Source: Christensenella sp. UBA1428
GTDB taxonomy: Bacteria > Bacillota > Clostridia > Christensenellales > UBA1750
Assembly: GCA_002329335.1 (NCBI GenBank)
Contig: DCTY01000072.1
Location: 23,305-87,304 of the forward strand
Reading direction: 5' to 3'
DNA: 64,000 nt
The notes beneath the pieces are model-generated. The model did no database searches, was not told the origin of the DNA, and worked only from the letters and a program-made list of their open reading frames with translations. The translations under genes were made by a program, and so were the position numbers. This document shows, piece by piece, positions 55,702-64,000 of the stretch. Position 1 is the first letter of the stretch; each line of letters opens with the position of its first letter.

Positions 55702-56561
55702 GGCTGATCCCTCCTTGATCCAAATGTTTTTTCGTCAGGCGTTGCCAAAATGCGGCCCGCAAGATAACGCGCCACGCCGTCCCGATCATTGGAATCGATG
55801 ACCGCCCTCGCGCGTGCCTTGAGCGCGTCCACCGCATTGGAGACCGCATAACATTCATCTGATACATCAAACATCGCCAGATCGTTGACCGCATCGCCAA
55901 AGCTGACCACCCGGCCGCAGCCCAAAAGCTGCTTGAGCTTCAAAACGGCGTTGGCCTTGGTGGCAGCCCGAGGCATCAGCTCGCACCAATACTCCCTGCG
56001 GTAAAGCTCCTGCTGCATCAGGCAGGTAAACCGTGCGTCGGCATGAAAATGCGCATAGACCGGTTCCAGCTGCGTTTTATCACCTACACAGGTACAATAA
56101 AACACATCGCCCGCATACAGCTGCCGGCGCGACAGGACCGGGCGCAGCCTCGGATCCCCGGCGCGCTGGCTCAAGTAATGTCGAATTCCTTCGTTTTCCC
56201 GCCCTTCAAGCCAGGATACGCGCTGCACGCCGTCTACAAAGGCGTATACCAGCGGATCAATATCCAGGCCGGACAAATAGTCCGCCGTGTGCTTACGCAT
56301 CTGCGCGTCAAACGACAGCGACAGCAGCACGCCGCCGTTCTCCGGGCGAACAATCCGCGCGCCGTTGTAAACGATGACGGGAATCCGCATATCCAACCCC
56401 TGGCAGACACGCTGGGCAGACTGTTCGGACCGGGCGGTCGCATAGGTAAAAATCATACCTTTTGCCACCATGGCGTTGATTGTTTCCACCGTATACGCGC
56501 TCAAACGCGTATCGGAGCGCAGCAGCGTCCCGTCAAGATCGGTTACATAAAGCGTTTTCAT
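55698..56561 (-). CDS. Cof-type HAD-IIB phosphatase
   Basis: YVTDLDGTLL motif I and C-terminal SFGDAVNDLAMF. Start at the internal ATG at 56561. Confidence 0.8.
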   Translation of the reverse strand: MKTLYVTDLDGTLLRSDTRLSAYTVETINAMVAKGMIFTYATARSEQSAQRVCQGLDMRIPVIVYNGARIVRPENGGVLLSLSFDAQMRKHTADYLSGLDIDPLVYAFVDGVQRVSWLEGRENEGIRHYLSQRAGDPRLRPVLSRRQLYAGDVFYCTCVGDKTQLEPVYAHFHADARFTCLMQQELYRREYWCELMPRAATKANAVLKLKQLLGCGRVVSFGDAVNDLAMFDVSDECYAVSNAVDALKARARAVIDSNDRDGVARYLAGRILATPDEKTFGSRRDQP

Positions 56562-56673
56562 GACGCTCTCCTTTTTCCCGCAGCCAGATTTCCTGGGGTC
56601 CGCAGACCAACGCAGACGAATTGCCCAAACGAAAAAGCGCCCGACTTTGTCAAAAATCGAGCGCCTGTCCCTT

Positions 56674-57675
56674 TTATTCCAGCACAGCAACGGCAATATC
56701 CCGGGTTACGGCCTGCTCCACCCAATGCGCAAAGCAATCGTATGCACCGCCCTGAAGCACCTTCAGTCCCTGCGCCGCTAAAATTGCGCGCGCCCTTTCC
56801 GTGGGCAGCGTATGGACGTTATACGACACCGCCACCGCACCGCCGGGCTTTAAGACCCGAACCCAGGCGGGCGCCAGCTTTTCAAGCAGCAGCGCCGGCG
56901 GAATCGGCCGCTTGCCGTCCTGACCCGCATGCTGCACGCCATAGGGCAGATCGGCCGCAATGGCATGAAACTGCGCGTTTTTGAAAAACGCAGGACAGTC
57001 CATGCTGTTGCCCTGCACCACGGTCAAACAGCCGGGCTGCGTCTTTAGCGCCTGCGCATCGGGCGCAAACGCATAGGAAAAACGCGTCCCGCCCGCTTTG
57101 CCGCCGACGGTCAGGCTGGTCTGCCGGACGGTATGTTTGTAGCGATGATATTCCAGATATTTTTTAAAATAACGGTTCAGCTCGTCGGTATCCTTTTTAT
57201 CGATTTCAACGCCGCTGGCCTCATAGCCCATTTTCAGCGCTTCAAACAGCGCCGTGCCGCGCCCGCAGACGGGATCGAGGATTTTTAAATGCTGGTCAAA
57301 GCGATTGGCATAATCGCCGCTGAACACCGCCAGATTGATCAGCAGCGCGGTAAAAACCTCGTTGGTTTTTCCCTTGTACTTGAGCACACCGGAAACATCG
57401 TCCGGCAAAAAGGCCGGATTGGGATTGTCCAGAGGGCACAGCAGCCCGTCGCGCACTTCAAACACCACATAGGCCGCGCTGAGGCGATAGGCTAACCGGC
57501 GAAAAAACGGCTCGTCCGGCGCGTCAAAACACAAAAACGGCGTGCCGGCGAAGGGGATTGACTCAACCGGGTGCGCATCGCCCAGCAAAATCGACAGCTC
57601 TGCCCGTATCAGTTCGCGCTGCACCGCATCGTAACGGACGTTGGCGTGCGGCGCCGGCAAAATTGCATAGCGCAT
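56674..57675 (-). CDS. class I SAM-dependent methyltransferase (N6/N2-type, DPPY-like motif)
   Basis: ILDPVCGRGT (motif I) and AADLPYG (motif IV). Start at the internal ATG at 57675. Confidence 0.6.
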   Translation of the reverse strand: MRYAILPAPHANVRYDAVQRELIRAELSILLGDAHPVESIPFAGTPFLCFDAPDEPFFRRLAYRLSAAYVVFEVRDGLLCPLDNPNPAFLPDDVSGVLKYKGKTNEVFTALLINLAVFSGDYANRFDQHLKILDPVCGRGTALFEALKMGYEASGVEIDKKDTDELNRYFKKYLEYHRYKHTVRQTSLTVGGKAGGTRFSYAFAPDAQALKTQPGCLTVVQGNSMDCPAFFKNAQFHAIAADLPYGVQHAGQDGKRPIPPALLLEKLAPAWVRVLKPGGAVAVSYNVHTLPTERARAILAAQGLKVLQGGAYDCFAHWVEQAVTRDIAVAVLE

Positions 57676-57676
57676 C

Positions 57677-58474
57677 TCAGCCTGCCTCCTTCTTTCTCTG
57701 TACAGCTTCAATCGCTGCAAAAATTTCCGGCAGATGATAGGTCGCCTCACCTCTGCCGCGCTCCAGACACTCCTGCGCCTGGCTCAGGCTCGTCATCGTA
57801 ATATGATGCAATTCCGGATGCAGCAGCACGTCCGGCGGCGTTTCAGAGGCAATGACCTGATACTCCATCAGTTCCAGCGCGCGCATCATGACGTCTACAG
57901 TGTTGCGCACGCTGTAGCTGCCGGTACGCGCGCCGACATCCACGGCGATCGTCACATCTGCGCCCATATCGCGCACCACGCTTACCGGCAGCCGTTCCAT
58001 GACGCCGCCGTCCACCAGCAGCCGGCCCTCATATTCCACCGGACGAAAGACGCCCGGCACGGAAACGCTCGCTCGCACCGCCTGCGCCAGATTGCCCTGG
58101 GACAGGACGATCTTTTCACCCCGCTCAATATCGCAGGCAACGGCGGCAAATGGGATTTTCGTCTGCTCAAAGCTTTTATTGCCTGTAATGGTCCGCATAA
58201 AGGCAACGATCTTTTCGCCCTTGATCAGCCCCATCCGCGGCATGCCCACGTCATAGAACATATTTTCCGAGCAGGCGCACACCAGCTTGCCCAGCATAAA
58301 CGGGTCCGCCCCGGCGGCATACGCCGCGCCAACCGCCGAACCAATGGACGTCCCTGCCACCATACTGATCGGGATCTTGTTTTCGGCAAGCACCTGCAAA
58401 ACGCCGATATGGGCAATGCCCCGAAAGAAGCCGCCGCCCAGCGCCAGGCCGATTTTTACATTGTCACAATTCAT
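57677..58474 (-). CDS. patatin-like phospholipase (YlbK-like)
   Basis: GGGFFRG oxyanion motif, GTSIGS nucleophile and DGG. Confidence 0.85.
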   Translation of the reverse strand: MNCDNVKIGLALGGGFFRGIAHIGVLQVLAENKIPISMVAGTSIGSAVGAAYAAGADPFMLGKLVCACSENMFYDVGMPRMGLIKGEKIVAFMRTITGNKSFEQTKIPFAAVACDIERGEKIVLSQGNLAQAVRASVSVPGVFRPVEYEGRLLVDGGVMERLPVSVVRDMGADVTIAVDVGARTGSYSVRNTVDVMMRALELMEYQVIASETPPDVLLHPELHHITMTSLSQAQECLERGRGEATYHLPEIFAAIEAVQRKKEAG

Positions 58475-58506
58475 GGCATTGCCTCCCGTATCATAAAGTT
58501 AAAACG

Positions 58507-59403
58507 GTGATGACGTTGAAAAAGACGATTTGGATACCCGCTGTGATTTATCTGGTACTGGTGCTTGCATCCCCGGCAAAAGCCGCGCAGGCCGCCACCG
58601 ACGCGCTTTTATTATGGTTTACCCGGGTGCTGCCCACGCTGATGCCCTGCTTTATCGGCGCGCTGCTGCTTGAAAAAAGCGGTGTGACCCAATTGGGACA
58701 AAACCGGCCTTTGGCGCTGACCCAAAGGCTTTTCGGCATGAACGCACAGGCGCTGGCGCTTTTGGCCGTTTGTTTTTGCGCAGGGTTTCCAACCGGCGCC
58801 AAGGTCATCTGCGAACAGCAAAGCAAGGGCGCGCTGACCCGCGCGCAGGCGCGTACCATGCTCACCGCCGGTTCGGTGGTTTCGCCCGGTTTCATTTTGG
58901 GCAGTCTCGGCGCCATGACGCTCGGCCAGCCGCGTCTGGGCACAGCTATCCTTGCAGCACACTGGCTCGGCGCGCTTTTATGCGCCGTCCTTTTTGCCGA
59001 AAAAGACGGCCGAACGCCGCAAAACGCCGCGCAAATGCCGACGGCGTCTTTTTCAGAGCTATTATGCCAGGCCATCGGTCAAAGTAGCGGCGCAATGCTT
59101 TCCGTCGCCGCCGCCATGGCGTTTTTCTCCGTGCTGATCCGCTTTTTGCCTCAGCGCTTTTTCCTGCTCAGCGCCATATTGGAAATGACCTGCGGCTGCT
59201 CGTATTTGGGCGCGCTGCCGCTGCCAGCCGCCGTCAAAGCCGTCGCCCTTTGCGCGGCCGTTTCCTTCGGGGGACTCTGTCTGGGCATGCAGGCGCTGAC
59301 CTACGCCAGCCATCTGCTGCCCGCCGGTTCGTATTTTCTGCGCAAAGCCGTTCACAGCGTCATTTCCGCGCTTCTGCTCGCGCCGCTGCTGTTTTGGGGC
59401 TAG
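58507..59403 (+). CDS. YlbJ-like integral membrane protein (nucleoside-recognition-type domain)
   Basis: Polytopic membrane ORF in the position of ylbJ in the ylb-like block. Confidence 0.5.
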   Translation: MMTLKKTIWIPAVIYLVLVLASPAKAAQAATDALLLWFTRVLPTLMPCFIGALLLEKSGVTQLGQNRPLALTQRLFGMNAQALALLAVCFCAGFPTGAKVICEQQSKGALTRAQARTMLTAGSVVSPGFILGSLGAMTLGQPRLGTAILAAHWLGALLCAVLFAEKDGRTPQNAAQMPTASFSELLCQAIGQSSGAMLSVAAAMAFFSVLIRFLPQRFFLLSAILEMTCGCSYLGALPLPAAVKAVALCAAVSFGGLCLGMQALTYASHLLPAGSYFLRKAVHSVISALLLAPLLFWG

Positions 59404-59468
59404 GCTTCGCGCGAAATTCCCGTCCTGCTGCCCGAAGGGCCGCGGCGTCATCCGGCGCACAGCAGAAT

Positions 59469-59996
59469 TCAGCTGTGCTGCTCCTGCCCGCCATAGGGAT
59501 TGCGGCTCATCCGTACCAGTTCATCCCGGGTCGCTTCCAGATCTCCGATAACGCCGACGGTGGTTTTGTGCAGATTTTCCACCATGCGCATGGCGTACTC
59601 GGTGGCCTCGCCGACGATATTTTGCGCGCTGGCGTCGGCCTGCGCCAAAAGCTGTCCCGCCTGGTTGCGCGCGTCCTGCAAAATGCTGTGCTCGCTGACC
59701 AGCTCATCATGGCGCGTATTGGCGTCAAGCAAAATACGCCGCTCGGTTTCACGGGCATCCTGCAGAATTTTTTCGCGGTCCTGCAAAATTTTCTGCGCTT
59801 CAATCACATCGCGCGGCAGCGCCACGCGCATATCGTCCAGAATTTCCATGATCTCGTCGTAATACACCACGCGCTTGTTCCCGCCGGAAAGCGGCACCGC
59901 GCCTGCGTTTCGAACCAGATCGTCCAGTTCCTCGATCAGCTCCATCAAGGTTCTGTTTTTTTCGCCGCGGCCATTGTCCTGCGAATTCATGCTCAT
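59469..59996 (-). CDS. hypothetical coiled-coil protein
   Basis: 175 aa, helical and charged, co-oriented with and overlapping coaD. Function unknown. Confidence 0.4.
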   Translation of the reverse strand: MSMNSQDNGRGEKNRTLMELIEELDDLVRNAGAVPLSGGNKRVVYYDEIMEILDDMRVALPRDVIEAQKILQDREKILQDARETERRILLDANTRHDELVSEHSILQDARNQAGQLLAQADASAQNIVGEATEYAMRMVENLHKTTVGVIGDLEATRDELVRMSRNPYGGQEQHS

Positions 59997-60481
59997 TTTT
60001 GTGTCCCCCTCAGTTTTTCAGTCACTTCATCCACAATGGACGGCGGCAAAAACGCGTCCAAAGCAAACCCCAACGCTCCCAGCTGGCGCACATGGCTGGA
60101 TGACACATGCGCACAGGACGGATCGGACATCAGATATACCCACTCGATCTGCGGGCAAAGCTGACGGTTGATCAGCGCCCACTGATATTCGTATAGAAAA
60201 TCGGCCTCATTGCGCAGCCCGCGTACCACCGCGCATGCGCCGACGCGCTGGGCATAGGCCAAAAGCGCGCCGCTGTCCGCCTCACAGACGACATTGGGCA
60301 GATCCTGTGTTATCTTTTTCAGCAGCGCGACCCGCTGCGGCGGCGTAAAAACGCCTTTTTTGTCCGGATTGATCAATACCGCCACGCGAACCTGATCGTA
60401 CATGCCGCTTGCGCGGCGGATCAGATCCAGATGCCCCAGCGTCGGCGGGTCAAACGAACCGGCGTAAACGCAAACGCGCAT
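59993..60481 (-). CDS. coaD: pantetheine-phosphate adenylyltransferase
   Basis: VYAGSFDPPTLGHLDLI (HxGH nucleotidyltransferase motif). Confidence 0.95.
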   Translation of the reverse strand: MRVCVYAGSFDPPTLGHLDLIRRASGMYDQVRVAVLINPDKKGVFTPPQRVALLKKITQDLPNVVCEADSGALLAYAQRVGACAVVRGLRNEADFLYEYQWALINRQLCPQIEWVYLMSDPSCAHVSSSHVRQLGALGFALDAFLPPSIVDEVTEKLRGTQK

Positions 60482-61038
60482 CAGTTGACCACCTCCTCGA
60501 TGATAAAGCTGATCGTGCTGCGGCCATAGGTCCGCCGGTCGTAAATGCGGTATTCATAGGGAATCTCAAACGTCGATCCGCGCCGGTGCTCACAGACGAT
60601 CATGCCCTCCGGCGCCAAAATCCCCCGATCCCGGATCTTCTCCAATACCGGCGCGTACAGCCCGGCGTCATAGGGCGGATCCAGAAAAATCAGATCAAAC
60701 GCCATGCCGGCATCGGCCAGAATATCCACCGCCACAAAGGCGTCCTGACACATCACACCGGTATCATCCTGGACCTTCAGCGCTTCGACATTGTCCTGAA
60801 TGATCTCCACCGCCTCCGGCGAAGCGTCGTTGAGCACGCAGAACTGCGCGCCCCTTGAAAGCGCCTCCAGCCCCAGCGAGCCGGAACCGGAAAACAGATC
60901 CAGCACCTGCGCCTGCAGCGGCCGTTTGCCAAGAATATTAAACAACGATTCCTTCACGCGGTCAAGCGTCGGCCGCGTATCCAGCCCGTCGAGCGATTTG
61001 AGCTTTCTTGAGCCATATTTGCCTGCGATGATGCGCAT
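60481..61038 (-). CDS. rsmD: 16S rRNA (guanine966-N2)-methyltransferase
   Basis: MRIIAGKYGSRKL..., LDLFSGSG and DPPY motif. Start at the internal ATG at 61038. Adjacent to coaD. Confidence 0.85.
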   Translation of the reverse strand: MRIIAGKYGSRKLKSLDGLDTRPTLDRVKESLFNILGKRPLQAQVLDLFSGSGSLGLEALSRGAQFCVLNDASPEAVEIIQDNVEALKVQDDTGVMCQDAFVAVDILADAGMAFDLIFLDPPYDAGLYAPVLEKIRDRGILAPEGMIVCEHRRGSTFEIPYEYRIYDRRTYGRSTISFIIEEVVN

Positions 61039-61057
61039 GCGCCTCTCCCCTTTACGC

Positions 61058-62359
61058 TCAGGGCAAAAGCATGCCGCTGATGTGCGCAAGCGAACGCTCG
61101 GCATAGGCCGCATACTTAAGCTTTTTATTTTTATATCGACCCGGCAGCGGTTCCACAATGGAAAAATTCGCGTTCATCGGATCAAACCGGCTGTGCGGCG
61201 CGCTGATATAGCGTCCCAGGCCGCCGATCACCGTTTTGGCGGTAAAATCCGGCGCAGGCATGCCCTTGAGCGCCGCCGCCAGCGCGATGCCCGCCGTAAG
61301 GCCGGACGCCGCGGATTCCACATAGCCCTCCACGCCGGTAATCTGACCGGCAAAATACAGCCCCGGACAGGCAATCACCTCATAATTGGCGTTTAAAAAC
61401 CCCGGCGAGCGCAGATAAGTGTTCCGATGCATGACGCCATAGCGGACAAACTGCGCGTTTTCAAGCCCCGGGATCAACGAAAACACACGTTTCTGCTCGG
61501 GAAATTTCAGGCGCGTCTGAAAGCCGACCAGATTATACATCGACGCGGACGCGTCATCCTGACGCAGCTGCACCACGGCAAAGGGCATCTTCCCCGTACG
61601 GGGATCCTCCAGCCCGATGGGCTTGAGCGGGCCGAAAGCCAGCGTCTGAAAGCCTCTTCTGGCCATGGATTCAATGGGCATACACCCTTCAAAGAGCATA
61701 TTTTCCTCAAACCCGTGCACCGGCGCGGTCTGGGCGTTCAAAAGCTCGGTAACAAAGCGGGTATACGTTTGTTCATCCATCGGACAGTTGATATAATCGT
61801 CCCCGTCTCCCCGGTCATAGCGGGATTTCAAGTACGCTTTGTCCATATCGATGCTCTCGCGCGTAACAATCGGCGCCGCAGCGTCAAAAAAGCTCAGCGC
61901 ATCCTGACCGCTTTTTTCCGCAATGGCCTGCGCCAGCGCGCCGTCGGTCAAAGGACCGGTCGCAATGATCGCCGGCGAATCCGGGATTTGTTCCACGCGC
62001 GCATGCTCGACCGAAATTGCCGGATGACTGCGAATTTTTTCGGTAATATAGGCGCTAAACAGCGCCCGGTCCACCGCCAGCGCGCCGCCGGCCGGGACGC
62101 TGGTTTCCTGCGCCGCCTGCAAAATCAGCGACCCCAGCTGACGCATCTCCGCTTTGAGCAGGCCCGCCGCGCTGTCAATCCGCATGGCCTTGAGCGAATT
62201 GGAGCAAACCAGCTCGCCAAAATCGTCGCTGTGATGCGCCGGAGATTTATGCTCCGGCTTCATTTCCACCAGGCGCACCGCAATGCCCCGGTTCGCCAGC
62301 GCCCAGGCCGCCTCGCACCCTGCAAGCCCGGCGCCGACAACGGTTACCGTCTTACTCAA
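61058..62359 (-). CDS. trmFO: methylenetetrahydrofolate--tRNA-(uracil54-C5)-methyltransferase
   Basis: VTVVGAGLAGCEAAW FAD motif. A TTG start at 62359 is preceded by GGAGG and overlaps the topA stop. The ORF extends to 62440. Confidence 0.85.
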   Translation of the reverse strand: MSKTVTVVGAGLAGCEAAWALANRGIAVRLVEMKPEHKSPAHHSDDFGELVCSNSLKAMRIDSAAGLLKAEMRQLGSLILQAAQETSVPAGGALAVDRALFSAYITEKIRSHPAISVEHARVEQIPDSPAIIATGPLTDGALAQAIAEKSGQDALSFFDAAAPIVTRESIDMDKAYLKSRYDRGDGDDYINCPMDEQTYTRFVTELLNAQTAPVHGFEENMLFEGCMPIESMARRGFQTLAFGPLKPIGLEDPRTGKMPFAVVQLRQDDASASMYNLVGFQTRLKFPEQKRVFSLIPGLENAQFVRYGVMHRNTYLRSPGFLNANYEVIACPGLYFAGQITGVEGYVESAASGLTAGIALAAALKGMPAPDFTAKTVIGGLGRYISAPHSRFDPMNANFSIVEPLPGRYKNKKLKYAAYAERSLAHISGMLLP

Positions 62360-64000
62360 CGTCAGGCGCCTCCATCGGTTCGGATTTGTATTTGCACGCA
62401 GGATCGACGCACAGGTGATAAACCGACCCTTTCCGGTCAAACTTGCGCACCATCATACCGCCGCACTGCGGGCATTTTTCCTTCACCGGCATATCCCAGG
62501 ACGTAAAATCACACTCGGGATAGCGCTCACAGCCATAAAACTTTTTACCCCGGCGCGTCGTACGCTCCAAAAGCCTGGCGCCGCACTTGGGACAGGGCAC
62601 GTCCAGCGCCACGATGATCGGCTGTGTATTTTTGCATTCCGGGTAGTTGGGACAGGCCAGGAATTTGCCGTACCGGCCCATTTTATAAACCATGTTGGCG
62701 CCGCATTTTTCGCAGATCACATCAGAGGGCTCGTCCTTGATTTCAATTTTTTCAATCAGCTGTTCCGCCTTATCCACCGATTGCTTAAATTCCCCATAGA
62801 AACCGGCGATAACCTGATGCCAGTCCTGCTGGCCTTCCTCCACTTCGTCGAGCTGTTCCTCCATGGAGGCGGTAAATTCAATATTGACCACGTCGGAAAA
62901 ATGTTCCGCCAGCAAATCCGTTACCACTTCGCCCAGCTCCGTCGGCACCAGCGTACGGTTTTGGCGCTTGATATAACCGCGGCTGATAATCGTAGCGATG
63001 GTCGGCGCATAGGTGGACGGCCGTCCGATTCCCTGTTCTTCCAGCGTACGCACCAGGGACGCCTCGGTATAGCGCTGGGGCGGCTGGGTGAAATGCTGCT
63101 GGCACTCCGGTTCGTCAAGGGTCACCTGAGCGCCCTGCTGCACCTGGGGCAGCACGCTTTCCTTTTCCGCCGGCGCATCGCTGCCTTCCTCGTAAAGAAC
63201 GGAATAGCCGTTAAACCGCTTGTGCATGCCGGAAAATACGAACACCGCGTCGCCGTTGGTCACGCTCATGGACAGCGTATCATAAATCGCCGGCGTCATC
63301 TGTGAGGCGACAAACCGGGTATAAATCAGCTTATAGAGCCGATACTGGTCGCGCGTAACCGAAGCTTTGACGCTCTCGGGCGTACGGGTCAAAAGCGTGG
63401 GGCGAATCGCCTCATGCGCATCCTGCGCGCCGCGGCGGCTTTTATACACATTGGGCTGTTCCGGCAGATACTGCGCGTCATAATGCTCGCCGATATAGGC
63501 GCGCACGTCGTCGAGCGCTTCCTGGGAAATACGGGTCGAGTCGGTACGGATATAGCTGACCAGACCCACCGCGCCTTCTCCTTTAAGCTCGACGCCTTCA
63601 TAAAGCTGCTGGGCGATCAGCATGGTTTTTGATGTGGTAAAACCGAGTTTCCGGGCCGCTTCCTGCTGAAGGTTTGAAGTGGTAAACGGCGCGGCCGGGT
63701 TTTTTCGTCTTTCGCCGCGGCGCAGATCCCGCACGGTGTAAACGCCCTGTTCCAACCGCTTTACCGCCGCATTGGCCGCCTGCTCGTCGGGAATCGGCGT
63801 TTTTTCTGCGCCAAAGCCCACAAAACGCACCGGGAACGCCCGCTTGCCGTCGGTACACTGCGCGCTGATCGTCCAAAATTCCTCCGGCACAAACGCGTCG
63901 ATTTCCCGTTCCCGATCCACAATCATCTTGGCCGCCACAGACTGCACGCGCCCTGCGGACAGCCCCTTGCGCACCTTTGCCCACAACAGCGGGCTGATCT
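62352..64000 (-). CDS. topA: DNA topoisomerase I (partial; N-terminus lies beyond the window end)
   Basis: Topo IA core (SYIRTDSTR active-site Tyr region) plus C-terminal CxxC zinc-ribbon repeats. The frame stays open to position 64000. Confidence 0.9.
   Translation of the reverse strand, partial: ISPLLWAKVRKGLSAGRVQSVAAKMIVDREREIDAFVPEEFWTISAQCTDGKRAFPVRFVGFGAEKTPIPDEQAANAAVKRLEQGVYTVRDLRRGERRKNPAAPFTTSNLQQEAARKLGFTTSKTMLIAQQLYEGVELKGEGAVGLVSYIRTDSTRISQEALDDVRAYIGEHYDAQYLPEQPNVYKSRRGAQDAHEAIRPTLLTRTPESVKASVTRDQYRLYKLIYTRFVASQMTPAIYDTLSMSVTNGDAVFVFSGMHKRFNGYSVLYEEGSDAPAEKESVLPQVQQGAQVTLDEPECQQHFTQPPQRYTEASLVRTLEEQGIGRPSTYAPTIATIISRGYIKRQNRTLVPTELGEVVTDLLAEHFSDVVNIEFTASMEEQLDEVEEGQQDWHQVIAGFYGEFKQSVDKAEQLIEKIEIKDEPSDVICEKCGANMVYKMGRYGKFLACPNYPECKNTQPIIVALDVPCPKCGARLLERTTRRGKKFYGCERYPECDFTSWDMPVKEKCPQCGGMMVRKFDRKGSVYHLCVDPACKYKSEPMEAPDVE

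Noticed and set aside
1-64000. tRNA, rRNA, tmRNA or CRISPR arrays, in particular a tRNA at the element boundary
   Set aside because: I saw no cloverleaf-like T-arm motifs (GGTTCGAAT-type) or rRNA-like stretches. The element's att core lies in the guaA 3' end instead. A tRNAscan or Infernal run would be needed to be certain.

Overview
This looks like a high-GC Firmicutes chromosome segment. The lineage (Clostridia / Oscillospirales-like) is a guess from gene order and protein style only. The window is almost fully coding and mostly on the minus strand.

Core blocks:
- efp plus an M24 peptidase, and rnc-acpP-plsX.
- A Bacillus-like block: rpmE, DUF1385, prmC, prfA, tsaC(ywlC), ywlE-like phosphatase, rpiB, upp, guaA.
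- ddl plus an atypical murF-like ligase.
- rimI-tsaB-tsaE, dusB, and two tandem CNNM/CorC paralogs.
- Two Gfo/Idh/MocA oxidoreductases plus AraC, and ackA-pta.
- A ylb-like block: tmcAL, patatin, ylbJ-like, coaD, rsmD.
- trmFO and a window-truncated topA.
- Two large peptidoglycan-binding NlpC/P60 hydrolases.

I found no rRNA, tRNA or CRISPR array.

The only clearly accessory region is about 10.6-22.4 kb. An integrative mobilizable element of about 9.2 kb (13190-22427) sits in the 3' end of guaA, bounded by a 12-bp direct repeat. It carries a tyrosine recombinase, an excisionase-like HTH, an XRE repressor with a back-to-back promoter/operator switch, an RHH MobC-like protein, a RepA-like AAA ATPase and a 5'-truncated MobV relaxase. 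A second low-GC flank (about 10.9-13.2 kb) lies to its left.

The most unusual content is the element's cargo operon: a small HTH, then a PstI/BsuBI-type N6-adenine methyltransferase, then a fragment resembling the N-terminal winged-helix domain of the cognate endonuclease. The expected nuclease domain is absent. In its place is a LexA-type S24 autopeptidase ORF, one nucleotide out of frame, and a T4 tract forms the separating stop codon.

A hairpin-dense GC-rich segment of about 290 nt replaces the relaxase N-terminus, and a 9-bp iteron array follows the RepA-like gene.

All calls come from reading the sequence and ORF translations. No database searches were run. CDS starts were adjusted by eye using RBS motifs, and non-CDS coordinates may be off by 1-2 nt.
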